Positions 9,100 to 19,275 of a stretch of DNA of 64,000 nucleotides are shown piece by piece. The stretch's first letter is position 1. Every line of letters begins with the position of its first letter. The notes under the pieces were generated by a model. That model saw nothing but the letters and a program-made list of their open reading frames with translations. It was not told the origin of the DNA and did no database searches. Source of the DNA: Candidatus Bipolaricaulota bacterium (lineage in GTDB: Bacteria > Patescibacteriota > Patescibacteriia > UBA11705 > DATKZF01); the NCBI GenBank assembly GCA_035528115.1, contig DATKZF010000003.1, forward strand, positions 150,699 to 214,698, in the 5' to 3' direction. The translations under genes and the position numbers were made by a program.

Positions 9100-10128
9100 A
9101 TGGACTTTCTAAAAAAACACGACCTAACAGTGTCAAAAATTTTCAAAATCGCCGGACTGGCGATTTTGGGCATTGTCGTCGTCGCGATCGGCTTTCGTTT
9201 GGTCGGATCGTCATTTAATTCGGTATTCGAAAAAAATGAAATCGGCTATGGCGTTTCCCCTCAAAGCGCGCCCGCTCAAGATTACGCCGCGGATTCGGAA
9301 ACGGACATGAAATACGCAGGCGTCGGTTCGGTCGGTTTATCAATGAGAAATGTCGCGCCGACACCCGGTTACACGACGGGCAACGATGCTGAAGAATTTG
9401 AAGTGACCGAATATTACGCGACAGTGGAAACGCGCGAACTCGATGAAACCTGCGCGACGATCGCGACTCTCAAAGCGCGACCTGACGTTGTCTTTGAAAG
9501 CGCCGGCGAGTACGACCGCGGTTGCAACTACGTTTTTAAAGTAGAAAAAGATAAGGTCAATGAAATTTTGGAAATCGTTAAAGGAATAGATCCCAAAGAA
9601 CTGACCGAAAGCACCTATACCATTAAAAATTTAATCGAAGATTACACCAGCGAAATTGAAATTCTCGAAAAGAAACTGACGTCCATCGACGAGACTCTGC
9701 AAAAAGCCATGGACGCGTATGATGATGTCACCTCTTTGGCCACCAAAGTTCAAGACGTGGAAACTCTGGCCAAAATCATTGACAGCAAAATCGCCATTAT
9801 CGAAAGATTGACCCAAGCGAGAATCAATATCAATTCCCAGCTCGATTCGATCGCCAGATCAAAAGCCATTCAGCTCGATCGATTGGAATACACTTATTTT
9901 CACATCAATATTCTCGAAAATAAATTCGTTGACGGAGAAAATCTGAAAGATTCATGGAAAGCGGCCATCAAGGCTTTCGTGAGCGATATCAACGAAACCG
10001 CCCAAGATATTACGGTCAACCTCGTGGCCTTCCTGTTCGTTGTGCTGCAATTCGCCCTTTACTTGCTGATTCTGCTGGTCATTGTCAAATATGGTTGGAA
10101 ATTCACCAAGTCCTTCTGGAAAAAATAA
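9100..10128 (+). CDS. DUF4349-like membrane protein
   Basis: N-terminal TM, ferredoxin-like segment, long coiled coil, C-terminal TM. Confidence 0.65.
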   Translation: MDFLKKHDLTVSKIFKIAGLAILGIVVVAIGFRLVGSSFNSVFEKNEIGYGVSPQSAPAQDYAADSETDMKYAGVGSVGLSMRNVAPTPGYTTGNDAEEFEVTEYYATVETRELDETCATIATLKARPDVVFESAGEYDRGCNYVFKVEKDKVNEILEIVKGIDPKELTESTYTIKNLIEDYTSEIEILEKKLTSIDETLQKAMDAYDDVTSLATKVQDVETLAKIIDSKIAIIERLTQARININSQLDSIARSKAIQLDRLEYTYFHINILENKFVDGENLKDSWKAAIKAFVSDINETAQDITVNLVAFLFVVLQFALYLLILLVIVKYGWKFTKSFWKK

Positions 10129-10138
10129 TTTTTAAGCC

Positions 10139-10175
10139 TTAATACGCCTCTCGCAAGAGAGGCGTATTAATTTTA
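10139..10175 (+). terminator. Intrinsic terminator
   Basis: Perfect hairpin ttaatacgcctctc-gcaa-gagaggcgtattaa followed by T-rich run. Confidence 0.8.
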
Positions 10176-10212
10176 TTTGGCTTTTTGCTTATTTTTGCTA
10201 AGATGGCTTTAT

Positions 10213-10908
10213 ATGCCACAGCTTTCAGTCATCATCCCCGTTTATAACGAAGAAAAAAGAATCGGCCAAACTTTGCCCGTTTTTTTGAATTATTTAAATA
10301 ACAGCGGACTTGATTTTGAAATCATCGCGGTCAATGACGGCAGTAGCGATCGTTCCACGGAAATTTTAAAAACTTTTCCGTCGATAAAAATCATTGAGCT
10401 GGAAAAAAACTCGGGCAAGGGCGCGGCCGTTAGAGCGGGAATGTTGGCGGCCGACGGAGACTTTTTGCTTTTCGCGGACGCTGACAATTCCACTCCGATT
10501 GAAGAATTGAAAAAACTGTGGACGTATAAAGACAACTTTGACATCATCATCGGCTCGCGCCATGTTCGCGGCAGCGACGTTAAAATCAAACAACCATTGA
10601 CGCGGCGCGCCGTGTCATTTGCCGGCAATCTTTTGATTCGGCTTTTGGCTTGTTCGAAAATCAAAGACACGCAATGCGGATTCAAATTATTTTCAAAAAA
10701 CTCGGCAAAAAAACTTTTTCGTCTTCAGAAAATAAACCGCTGGGGCTTTGACATCGAGCTTTTATATCTGGCAAGAAAGATGAAATTTCCCGTTAAAGAA
10801 ACTCCTGTGGTTTGGATCGATTCCCCGAGAAACTCCATTAAAACCAAAGATATTTTTCTAACTTTTATTGAATTGATTAAAATCAGATTTTCCAAATACG
10901 ATCTTTAG
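10213..10908 (+). CDS. GT2 glycosyltransferase, polyprenyl-phosphate glycosyltransferase (DPG/DPM synthase-like)
   Basis: LSVIIPVYNE, VNDGSSD, GKGAAVRAG, FADAD, DTQCGFKLF, WGFDIE; ATG 10213 preferred over TTG 10177. Confidence 0.92.
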   Translation: MPQLSVIIPVYNEEKRIGQTLPVFLNYLNNSGLDFEIIAVNDGSSDRSTEILKTFPSIKIIELEKNSGKGAAVRAGMLAADGDFLLFADADNSTPIEELKKLWTYKDNFDIIIGSRHVRGSDVKIKQPLTRRAVSFAGNLLIRLLACSKIKDTQCGFKLFSKNSAKKLFRLQKINRWGFDIELLYLARKMKFPVKETPVVWIDSPRNSIKTKDIFLTFIELIKIRFSKYDL

Positions 10909-10953
10909 TTACAAGATTACAAGATTTTTCGTACAAGATATTACCAGATAACA
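10909..10953. repeat. tacaagat/tacagat-type tandem tract
   Basis: ttacaagattacaagatttttcgtacaagatattaccagata; same family as 38980-39066 and 50268-50313. Confidence 0.65.
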
Positions 10954-10966
10954 ATAGAGTTCTATT

Positions 10967-12124
10967 ATGATTCCTGTAATAATACTCCATCTGGGCGAAA
11001 TCATGCTCAAAGGACAAAACAAACCGTTTTTTTCCAAAATATTGATTAAAAACATCAAAAACTTTTTGGATCTCAAAGAATACACCGATATTGATAGAAA
11101 GGAAGGAAAAATCGTCATTGAACTGAAAAAAGACGATCCAAAAACTAATCTGCCGAATCTGCTGGCGAAAATACCCGGTGTGGCCAATGCCGCGTACGGC
11201 TACAAATGCGGCAGAACTTTAGCCGAATTAAAAAACAGCGCGCTCAAAATAAGCCGAACAAAAAAAGTGGAGACTTTTAAAATTCAAACATCCAGATCGG
11301 ACAAAACATTCAAATACGACTCCATGGAAATCAATTGCCTCTTGGGCGAGCATCTGATAAACAACTCGAAAATGAAGGTCGTCATGAAAAATCCTGAACT
11401 GGTCGTGTCAATTGAGATCCCTCCGAGAATCGCTTATGTCATGGGCGAAAAAATCCGCGGCGCGGACGGCCTGCCCACCGGCTCCTCGGGCAAAGCGGTT
11501 TGTTTACTGTCAGGAGGAATTGACAGCCCGGTGGCCGCGTATCTTTTGGCCAGGCGGGGCGCTCAAATTATTTTGGTTCACGCCGAAAACAAAACCCTCT
11601 CGACCGATCAAAATCGCGATAAACTGGAAAAATTGGCGGCCAAATTGTCAAATTATCAAAAACCCATTAAACTGTATATGGTTCCTTTCGAACAAATTCA
11701 AAAACAAATAATCGCCCATACCGAAAGCTCGTATCGCATGATTATTTACAAAAGATTCATGCTGCGCCTGGCGGAAAAAATCGCCCGAAAGGAAAAAGCC
11801 AAGGCCATCGCCACCGGAGACAATTTGGCGCAAGTGGCTTCGCAAACCATGGAAAATTTGATCGTCACGGAAAAAGCCATTAACTTTTTGCTCTTGCGGC
11901 CGCTGATCGGCTTCAATAAACAAGAAATCGTGGACTTGGCCGAAAAGATCGGCACTTATGAAATCTCCATAATTCCGGCGTCCGATTGTTGCTCATTCAT
12001 GGTGGCCAAGCATCCGCAGACCAGAGGCAAGCTGTCCGAGGCGGAAAAATTCGAAAAAGAAATGGACGTCGAAACCTTGGTGGCTGAAGCTGTCTTGAAA
12101 GCCAAAATTAAGATATTTGAATAA
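10967..12124 (+). CDS. thiI: tRNA 4-thiouridine(8) synthase ThiI (no rhodanese domain)
   Basis: GEIMLKGQNK, THUMP domain, PP-loop LLSGGIDSPVA, GDNLAQVASQT, DCC. Confidence 0.95.
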   Translation: MIPVIILHLGEIMLKGQNKPFFSKILIKNIKNFLDLKEYTDIDRKEGKIVIELKKDDPKTNLPNLLAKIPGVANAAYGYKCGRTLAELKNSALKISRTKKVETFKIQTSRSDKTFKYDSMEINCLLGEHLINNSKMKVVMKNPELVVSIEIPPRIAYVMGEKIRGADGLPTGSSGKAVCLLSGGIDSPVAAYLLARRGAQIILVHAENKTLSTDQNRDKLEKLAAKLSNYQKPIKLYMVPFEQIQKQIIAHTESSYRMIIYKRFMLRLAEKIARKEKAKAIATGDNLAQVASQTMENLIVTEKAINFLLLRPLIGFNKQEIVDLAEKIGTYEISIIPASDCCSFMVAKHPQTRGKLSEAEKFEKEMDVETLVAEAVLKAKIKIFE

Positions 12125-12141
12125 ATTTAATTTACAATAAT

Positions 12142-13062
12142 ATGCTAAAAATCGCAGTTATCGGCGGAGGCTCTTCTTCCGAACGAAAAGTTAGTTTAAA
12201 TTCATCAAAAAAAGTTTTTGAAAATTTAGATGAAACCAAATACGAAAAATATTATTTTGATTTTCCAAACGATTTAGAAAAATTTTTAGAGAATCATAAA
12301 AATTTAGACGTGGTCATGCCGGTTTTGCACGGAGTGGGTGGCGAAGACGGACAAATTCAAGGATTTTTAAAAACGCTCGGATTAAAATTCACTTTCTCCG
12401 ACGTAACCGCTCAGGCAATCGCGATGGATAAACATTTGACCGAAATTTTAATAAAAACCGAAACGGACATAAAGATGCCCGAAAGTAAAACATTTGAAAT
12501 CGATGAAATCAATACTGAAGAAATAGAAAAATCATTTTCTTATCCGCTGGTGATCAAGCCGACCATGGGAGGCTCGAGTCTGGGCGCTTTCATAGTTAAA
12601 GACAGAAATGAACTGGAAAAAGGTCTGATTGACATCAAAACATTCAACCAACCTATTTTAGTTCAAGATTATATTACCGGCAGAGAATTAACCGTGGCTA
12701 TTTTGGGAAACAAAAGAATGAAAGCGCTGCCAGTCATTGAGATCTGTCCAAAAAAAGAATTTTTCGACTACCAAGCCAAATATGACTCGCAATTTTGCGA
12801 AGAAATTTGCCCGGCGGAAATAGACGACGCTTTGGCTCAGGATTTGCAAAGGCAAGCTCTGCTCGCACACCAAGTTATCGGTTGCCGAGGTCTTTCAAGA
12901 TCAGACTTTATCGTGACCAAAGATAATGAGATTTTCTTTTTAGAAACAAACACTATTCCCGGAATGACCTCGGAATCGCTGGCGCCAAAAGCGGCGGCCG
13001 CCGACGGCTATTCATATCCCGAATTTTTGGATAAATTGATTGAACTCGCCCAAGAAGCCTAA
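12142..13062 (+). CDS. ddl: D-alanine--D-alanine ligase
   Basis: GGGSSSERKVS, LHGVGGEDG, GGSSLG, FFDYQAKY (Tyr omega loop, D-Ala-D-Ala type), LETNTIPGMT. Confidence 0.96.
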   Translation: MLKIAVIGGGSSSERKVSLNSSKKVFENLDETKYEKYYFDFPNDLEKFLENHKNLDVVMPVLHGVGGEDGQIQGFLKTLGLKFTFSDVTAQAIAMDKHLTEILIKTETDIKMPESKTFEIDEINTEEIEKSFSYPLVIKPTMGGSSLGAFIVKDRNELEKGLIDIKTFNQPILVQDYITGRELTVAILGNKRMKALPVIEICPKKEFFDYQAKYDSQFCEEICPAEIDDALAQDLQRQALLAHQVIGCRGLSRSDFIVTKDNEIFFLETNTIPGMTSESLAPKAAAADGYSYPEFLDKLIELAQEA

Positions 13063-13071
13063 ACTAATTTC

Positions 13072-13108
13072 AAAAACCCCCTTGGAATTTTTTCCAACGG
13101 GGTTTTTT
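13072..13108. terminator. Bidirectional terminator between convergent genes
   Basis: aaaaacccc..ttggaa/ttccaa..ggggtttttt. Confidence 0.75.
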
Positions 13109-13307
13109 AGTCCTCAAAATCGTGATACTGCCTCCCGGACGCGGCGCGCTTGTACAACGCCGTCACCAAGTTAATGATCAATATCGCGGCGATCGGGCCG
13201 ACCAAGATGCCCCACTTGCCGAAAAAGAACAAGCACGCGAACGCGGCCGCCACTCCCAGCAATACGCTAAGGAGGGCGACAAGGAAGTCCTTGGACGGAC
13301 GATCCAT
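13107..13307 (-). CDS. Small orphan membrane protein (2 TM, 66 aa)
   Basis: SD AGGAGG before ATG 13307; TTGCTC...TGcTATCTT promoter-like motif upstream; GC-rich. Confidence 0.65.
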   Translation of the reverse strand: MDRPSKDFLVALLSVLLGVAAAFACLFFFGKWGILVGPIAAILIINLVTALYKRAASGRQYHDFED

Positions 13308-13424
13308 GGCTGTCCTCCTTTCGGGAGTTTGTTCAAAATAAGATAGCATTTTATAAAAAAAAGAGCAACGGACCCCCCCGTCGCTCAATCACAAATTGCC
13401 GTAATAATCCCAACAAAAGATCAA

Positions 13425-13531
13425 ATGCTTAAGAATATTGTAATTCGTAACAAATAACCTGAAAGCTTAATTGAATATTGTAATTCGTAACAGATAACTT
13501 GAAAGCTTAATTGAATATTGTAATTCGTAAC
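13425..13531. repeat. 40-bp tandem repeat with core TTGTAATTCGTAAC x3 (partial copy of dispersed element)
   Basis: Cores at 13438, 13478, 13518; linkers nearly identical to each other and to 47473-47566. Confidence 0.9.
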
Positions 13532-13536
13532 GTAGA

Positions 13537-15180
13537 TCAAATCATCCCCCGATCCTGATTTTCCACGGCCGCGGTGACAAACGCGTTAAACAGCGGATGT
13601 CCGGTAAACGGCCGCGACTTGAATTCCGGATGAAACTGCGTGCCCACGAAAAACGGATGATCCGGCACTTCAATGATTTCCACCAAATTACCGTCTGGCG
13701 ACGCACCGGCCACCAGCAATCCTTTTTGCTCGAGCAAACTCCTGAAATCATTATTGACTTCATAGCGATGGCGATGCCTCTCGGAAATATCTTCGCGACC
13801 GTAAGCTTGATAGCTTTTCGATTTTTTATTCAAAACGCACGGATAGGCGCCGAGGCGCATGGTTGAACCGTAGCGGTGCTGTTTAATGTTTTTAACCTGC
13901 TCGGGCATGATGTCAATGACTTTATTCTCCGCCTTTTCATCGATTTCTCCGGAAGTGGCGTTAACCAATCCGCAAACGTTTCTGGCAAATTCGATGGTCG
14001 CCAGCTGCATGCCGTAGCACAAACCGAGATACGGAATTTTATTTTCTCGAACAAACTGAATCGCTTTTATTTTGCCTTCAACGCCGCGAGAGCCGAACCC
14101 TCCGGGCACGATGATGCCCGCGTATTTTTTCAATTCTTCCAGCCGGCTCGGATTTTCTTCATAAACGCCCGAGTCAATCCAGTCAATTACCGGTTTTACG
14201 CCGCGCATCCAGCAGGCGTGTTTGATCGCTTCAATGACCGAGATGTATGAATCCGATAAAACAAAATCCCCTATATTGAAATATTTGCCGACAATGCCGA
14301 TTCTCAATTCTTTTTGGGCTTCTTTGATTCTCTTGACCAAGTTTTCCCAATCAGCCAAATCGGTTGCCGTTTCCTTGGATTCCAAACCGAATTTTTTCAG
14401 AATTTTCGTGCCCAGATGCTCAGCCTCAAAATTAACCGGCACCTCGTAAATGTATTCGATATCCGGCGCGGAAATAACGTTATCAAAAGGCACGCTGCCG
14501 TTGGTGGCGATTTTTCTTTTTCGGATCTCATCGAGCGGTCGCTCTGAGCGGCATAAAATAAAATCCGGTTGAATACCCGCGGAATTGAGCGTTCTGACCG
14601 CGTATTGGGTGGGTTTGGTTTTCATTTCGCCCACTTTGCTAGGAATCGGCAGGTAACTGACCAAGACGAAAGCCACGTCGTTCGCGCTTTTCAATTTCAT
14701 CATGCGAGCCGCTTCCAGAAAAAGCAAATTCTGATATTCTCCGACTGTGCCGCCGATTTCTATGATCATTATTTCACATTCGGTCTTTTTCACGGCCGAA
14801 TGAATACGCTCGATAATTTCTTGCGGAATATGGGGAACCACTTCCACGCACTTGCCGCCGTATTCCAAATTTCTTTCTTTGCTGATCACCGACTGGTAAA
14901 CTCTGCCCGTGGTCATGTAATTTTCAGAATAAATGTTGGTATTTAAAAATCTCTCGTAATTTCCAACGTCCTGATCGGTCTCATCGCCGTCTTCGGTCAC
15001 GAAAACCTCCCCATGTTCGGTGGGATTCATCGTGCCCGCGTCCACATTTATGTACGGATCCATTTTAATGGCGGACACTTCATAACCCTTGGCTTTCAGC
15101 ACCGCGCCGATTGAAGCGGTGGCAATCCCCTTGCCCACGCCGCTCATTACCCCTCCCACCACGAAAATGTATTTGGCCAT
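13537..15180 (-). CDS. pyrG: CTP synthase
   Basis: GGVMSGVGKG, DPYINVDAGTM, KTKPTQ, PGGFG, GLCYGMQ, ERHRHRYE, QFHPEF. Confidence 0.98.
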   Translation of the reverse strand: MAKYIFVVGGVMSGVGKGIATASIGAVLKAKGYEVSAIKMDPYINVDAGTMNPTEHGEVFVTEDGDETDQDVGNYERFLNTNIYSENYMTTGRVYQSVISKERNLEYGGKCVEVVPHIPQEIIERIHSAVKKTECEIMIIEIGGTVGEYQNLLFLEAARMMKLKSANDVAFVLVSYLPIPSKVGEMKTKPTQYAVRTLNSAGIQPDFILCRSERPLDEIRKRKIATNGSVPFDNVISAPDIEYIYEVPVNFEAEHLGTKILKKFGLESKETATDLADWENLVKRIKEAQKELRIGIVGKYFNIGDFVLSDSYISVIEAIKHACWMRGVKPVIDWIDSGVYEENPSRLEELKKYAGIIVPGGFGSRGVEGKIKAIQFVRENKIPYLGLCYGMQLATIEFARNVCGLVNATSGEIDEKAENKVIDIMPEQVKNIKQHRYGSTMRLGAYPCVLNKKSKSYQAYGREDISERHRHRYEVNNDFRSLLEQKGLLVAGASPDGNLVEIIEVPDHPFFVGTQFHPEFKSRPFTGHPLFNAFVTAAVENQDRGMI

Positions 15181-15186
15181 ATTTAC

Positions 15187-15254
15187 TCACGCAACATGCA
15201 ACATGAAACATGTGACATTATAACAATTGCTCCATGCTCCATGATTCATGTTTT
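15187..15254. repeat. Heptamer (catgxxx) tandem tracts in inverted arrangement
   Basis: gcaacatgcaacatgaaacatgtgaca ... tgctccatgctccatgattcatgtt. Confidence 0.7.
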
Positions 15255-15278
15255 AGGATTTAGATATTAGAAATTATT

Positions 15279-15719
15279 TTATTCCGACTTGATTACCAAA
15301 TCTATTGTAATATTTTTATCTCCGGCTTTAACGTCAATTTTATACTCCCCCGCTTTTTTAATCGGTTCATCGAGTTTGATCATTTTGGACTTAATGTTAA
15401 TGCCCGACTTCTTCAATTCAGCGGCAATCTTGTCCGCTGTTATTTTTGCGAAAAAAGTGCCGTTTTCATCAGCTTTGGCCGAGATAGCCAATTTCAGCGA
15501 ATCCAATTTTTCAAGCAGACCAGGCTGATTGATTTTTCCCTGTGTTCTTTGGCGCTCTTGCTTTTTCCGAGACGCTTGGGCCTTGGCCACTTCTCCGGCC
15601 GTGGCCGCCTTGGCGATATTATTGGGAAATAAATAATTCATGGCAAACCCTTCGGAGACTTCCTTTATGTCTCCGATTTTACCCAATTTCGAATCGTTTT
15701 TGATTAAGACCACTTTCAT
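15279..15719 (-). CDS. rplI: 50S ribosomal protein L9
   Basis: MKVVL...LGKIGDIKEVSEGFAMNYLFP; C-terminal PIKKAGEY. Confidence 0.95.
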   Translation of the reverse strand: MKVVLIKNDSKLGKIGDIKEVSEGFAMNYLFPNNIAKAATAGEVAKAQASRKKQERQRTQGKINQPGLLEKLDSLKLAISAKADENGTFFAKITADKIAAELKKSGINIKSKMIKLDEPIKKAGEYKIDVKAGDKNITIDLVIKSE

Positions 15720-15734
15720 ATTGTTATCAGTTCG

Positions 15735-15780
15735 TAGTTAGAATAGTTAGAGTAGTTCTGAGTTAAAGTAGTTAAATTAG
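15735..15780. repeat. Nonamer tagttagag-type tandem tract
   Basis: tagttagaatagttagagtagttctgagttaaagtagttaa; reverse complement of tract at 25796-25840. Confidence 0.7.
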
Positions 15781-15853
15781 TTTTTTATGCAGGCGAAAAA
15801 ATAGAACATTCGTAGCTTTATAGCCCTTTTTTATTATATCAGCTTAGCACATT

Positions 15854-16591
15854 TTATTTCTTATGCAAAAATTCCTTGTAAAACATGCTCCCGGCCATAA
15901 CGCAAACCGGTAAAAACAACAAATTAAACACCGGAATCAAGGCGCCAACCATAATTCCCAATCCGAAGCCGAGCATGGGCCATTTGTTTTTTTTAAAAGC
16001 GGCCAATTTTCTATCGAAATTCCATTCGCGCCGATCCAGCTCGAAATCCAAAAACTCCATGGCCAAAAACCAAGCGGTGATGAAGATATTCAAAAGCGTG
16101 ATGAAAGTGACGCCGATCAAAGGAAACAAACTGATTATAAACAGCAAAACCTGCGAAGATACAAACAAGAATATTCGCTTGACGCCGCCGAACAATGAAA
16201 TCGAAAAAACCTTGATGTTTTGTCCGATTGTTTTTTTAGCCGCTTTTTCCGCGGTGCCGAGAAGCGCGGCGGTTTTTTCCGACAAAATTTCATAAAACGG
16301 CGAGCCGATAATATTGGCTAAGGCCACGAAAGTAAAAAGCATAAAGAAAAAAAACAAAGCCAAGCCCGCGCCGACAATAAAATAATACAACAGACTTTCA
16401 TACCAAATATCAGACGATAAAAAATCGAGCGAGCCGGACAAACCCGTGAACGCCAGATAAAACACGGCGGCGTAAATCAATAAATTGATCGCCATGGGAA
16501 ACGCCATCCAAACAAACAATTTTTTGTTCGCCAGCAAAGTTTTAAAAGCCGCGAACGGAAAAACAAAACCTTTGTAAATCAACTTCAACAT
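15854..16591 (-). CDS. EI24/CysZ family membrane protein
   Basis: NIIGSPFYEILSEK, EFLDFELDRR, GFG...IPVFNLLFLP. Confidence 0.85.
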   Translation of the reverse strand: MLKLIYKGFVFPFAAFKTLLANKKLFVWMAFPMAINLLIYAAVFYLAFTGLSGSLDFLSSDIWYESLLYYFIVGAGLALFFFFMLFTFVALANIIGSPFYEILSEKTAALLGTAEKAAKKTIGQNIKVFSISLFGGVKRIFLFVSSQVLLFIISLFPLIGVTFITLLNIFITAWFLAMEFLDFELDRREWNFDRKLAAFKKNKWPMLGFGLGIMVGALIPVFNLLFLPVCVMAGSMFYKEFLHKK

Positions 16592-16673
16592 ATAAAAAAA
16601 ACCTAAAAACGAAAAACTAAAGAGCGTTTAGATTCTATTTTTAGGAATTAAGAACTTATCTTATAAAATATTT

Positions 16674-17891
16674 CTACTTGCTTTTCAATATTTCCAGCGC
16701 CCGTTCGAGCTGAGGATCTTTTTCTTGAACAAAATCTTCATCGGTGATTTCCACTTCCTGATCAGGCTCAATACCTTCTTCGTTGATGGAAGCTCCGCTG
16801 GGAGTCAACCACTTGGCTATGGTCACTTTGACGGAAGAACCGTCGGACAAAGAATGCAAATTTTGCACCGAGCCTTTACCGAAAGTTTTTTTGCCGACCA
16901 AAGTCGCCAGGCCGTAATCTTTCAAAGCGCCCGCCACGATCTCGGAGCCCGAAGCGCTGCCTTCATTGATCAATACCACGGTCGGCATTTGAACGAACGC
17001 CGGCTGACCTTTGGAAGCATACTCCATTTTTTGACCGTCGCCGAATTGTTCGCTGACCACGGTTTGGCCGTTCTCTATCCAAGCCGACGCCACGAAAATC
17101 GCGGAATCGAGCAAACCGCCCGGATTGTTTCTTAAGTTCAATACAAGGCCATTCACTTTCTTGTCGAGCATCTCATCGACCGCGTCCTTGAACAAGGAAT
17201 TGGTGTCGGTATTGAAACCGGTGATGTCTATATAGCCGATATTGCCGTCTTTTATTTCCGTTTTCACGCTTTGAATGTAAATAATGTCCCTGGTCACTTC
17301 CACGTCGGACGCGACATCGTTTCTTGAAATCAATAATTTCACCACAGTGCCTTTTTCGCCTCTGATATTTCTCACCGCTTCCGACAAAGTCATGGCCGCG
17401 GTTTCCTTGCCGTCCACCGCTATAATCTTGTCACCGGCTTTTAGTCCGGCCCTTTCCGCGGGTGACGAGGCAATCGGAGCGACAATCGTCAATTGACTGT
17501 CCTTGACCGCGATTTCCGCGCCAATGCCTTGGAATTTACCGTCAATGTCCTCATTAAATTCTTCTGTTTCATCAGGCGTCAGAAAAACCGTGTACGGGTC
17601 ATTCAAGCCGGCCACCATGCCCTCCAAGACGCTGTAAAAAACTTTTTCATTGTCTATCTCGGATTGATTGACGAAATTTTGCTGCAGGACTTTCCAAACT
17701 TCGCGCATCAGCGACATGTTGAATTCATCCGGCAATTGCTGCTGAGTTAAAATAGCTCCGCTGACCGCCGACACGCTTTGCTTGCTCGCCTGACCGATAA
17801 AAAAACCAGCCAGCCCGACGGCGATCATTAAAACGACGATGATTGAAGTCCTGAAAAAAGTTTTATTCGGTTTTGTTTGATATGTTGGCAT
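16674..17891 (-). CDS. ctpA: S41 C-terminal processing peptidase
   Basis: DPYT, GIGAEI (PDZ), LRNNPGGLL, SASGSEIVAGAL, TFGKGSVQ. Confidence 0.93.
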   Translation of the reverse strand: MPTYQTKPNKTFFRTSIIVVLMIAVGLAGFFIGQASKQSVSAVSGAILTQQQLPDEFNMSLMREVWKVLQQNFVNQSEIDNEKVFYSVLEGMVAGLNDPYTVFLTPDETEEFNEDIDGKFQGIGAEIAVKDSQLTIVAPIASSPAERAGLKAGDKIIAVDGKETAAMTLSEAVRNIRGEKGTVVKLLISRNDVASDVEVTRDIIYIQSVKTEIKDGNIGYIDITGFNTDTNSLFKDAVDEMLDKKVNGLVLNLRNNPGGLLDSAIFVASAWIENGQTVVSEQFGDGQKMEYASKGQPAFVQMPTVVLINEGSASGSEIVAGALKDYGLATLVGKKTFGKGSVQNLHSLSDGSSVKVTIAKWLTPSGASINEEGIEPDQEVEITDEDFVQEKDPQLERALEILKSK

Positions 17892-17899
17892 AAATTTGA

Positions 17900-19159
17900 T
17901 TAATCTTTGGTTCTAGTTATTTTAGCTCCCAATTTTCTGAGACGCTGTTCCACTTTGGAATAACCTCGATCTATTTGATAAATATTATCGATTTCCGTTT
18001 TACCATGGGCGACCAAGGCCGCTAAAATCAGAGCGAAACCCGCGCGCAAATCCGGACTGGCCAGCTTTCGGCCGAAAAGACGAACCGGACCGTTGACGAT
18101 CACTCGGTATGGATCGCACATGATGATATTGGCGCCCATCTGATTCAATAAATCAGTATAAAACAATCTGCCTTCAAACACGGTTTCATGAACCAAGCTC
18201 ATGCCTTTGGCCTGAGTAAGCAGAACGGTAAACGGAGGTTGTATGTCCGTGGCAAAGCCGGGATATTCGTGCGTCTGCACATTCACGGCTTTGGGATCCT
18301 CGCAACCCCAAACGGTCACGTAATCCGGACCAATTTCATATTTCACTCCCATTTTATCAAACAATACCCATAAAGATTCCAAATGCTCGGGCAGACAATT
18401 GGTTACCGTCACCTTGCCGCCGACCAATGCGCCCAAAATGGCGAAACTGCCGGCCTCTACCCTGTCAGGAATGACTTTATACCTGCCGCCGCTCAGACAT
18501 TCGACTCCTTCAATGGTCACCGTCGGCGTGCCCGCGCCGCAGATTTTCGCGCCGCAACTATTCAAGAATTCGGCCAAGGCCTCTATCTCGGGTTCGCAAG
18601 CGGCGTTTTTTATCACGGTCGTGCCCACGGCCAAAACGGCGGTAATGATCATTTCCTCGGTCACGGTCACGGAAATTTTCGGCAGAACGATTTTCGCTCC
18701 TTTCAATCTCTTCTTGGTCGTGAACTGATAATAATCCTTGCCTTCTTCCAGCGACGCTCCCAATTTTTTAAAATTGTCGATAAACAGATCAACCGGCCGC
18801 TGCCCGATCGCGCAGCCGCCCGGATGCGCCAATCTCACTTTACCCAATCTGATAAGCATCGGGCCGACCAAAAGCACCGAGACTCTGATTTTCTTAACCA
18901 GTTCCGGATCCAAACGATAACTTTCAATTTTTTTGGTTTGCAAACGAATGGTGGTTCCGTTCTTTTTGACTTTCGTGCCGATACTTTGAACCAATTCCAA
19001 AAGTCTGGAAATTTCCTCAATCTCAGGACAATTTTCAATTATGACCTCTTCGGAAGTAAGCAAAGAAGCGGCAATCGCCTTTAGCGCCGCATTTTTGGCT
19101 CCATTAACTTTAATTTCGCCGTTTAGTTTATAACCTCCGCTGATAATGAATTTTGACAT
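17900..19159 (-). CDS. murA: UDP-N-acetylglucosamine 1-carboxyvinyltransferase
   Basis: GAKNAAL, PGGCAIGQRP (catalytic Cys), NAACEPEI, YPGFATD, DLRAG, IDRGY. Confidence 0.97.
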   Translation of the reverse strand: MSKFIISGGYKLNGEIKVNGAKNAALKAIAASLLTSEEVIIENCPEIEEISRLLELVQSIGTKVKKNGTTIRLQTKKIESYRLDPELVKKIRVSVLLVGPMLIRLGKVRLAHPGGCAIGQRPVDLFIDNFKKLGASLEEGKDYYQFTTKKRLKGAKIVLPKISVTVTEEMIITAVLAVGTTVIKNAACEPEIEALAEFLNSCGAKICGAGTPTVTIEGVECLSGGRYKVIPDRVEAGSFAILGALVGGKVTVTNCLPEHLESLWVLFDKMGVKYEIGPDYVTVWGCEDPKAVNVQTHEYPGFATDIQPPFTVLLTQAKGMSLVHETVFEGRLFYTDLLNQMGANIIMCDPYRVIVNGPVRLFGRKLASPDLRAGFALILAALVAHGKTEIDNIYQIDRGYSKVEQRLRKLGAKITRTKD

Positions 19160-19275
19160 AAATATAAATTTATTGTAACAAAAACTCGTGTTTTGAGCAA
19201 GAACCGCTTATAGTATAGCACAATCAGGCGATAATTTGATTTTTTATCAAAAAAAGACCATAATAAAAACAATGT

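Noticed and set aside
13425-13531. CRISPR array (also 47473-47566)
   Set aside because: The constant core is only 14 bp, the 'spacers' are near-identical to each other and between loci, and no cas genes are present.
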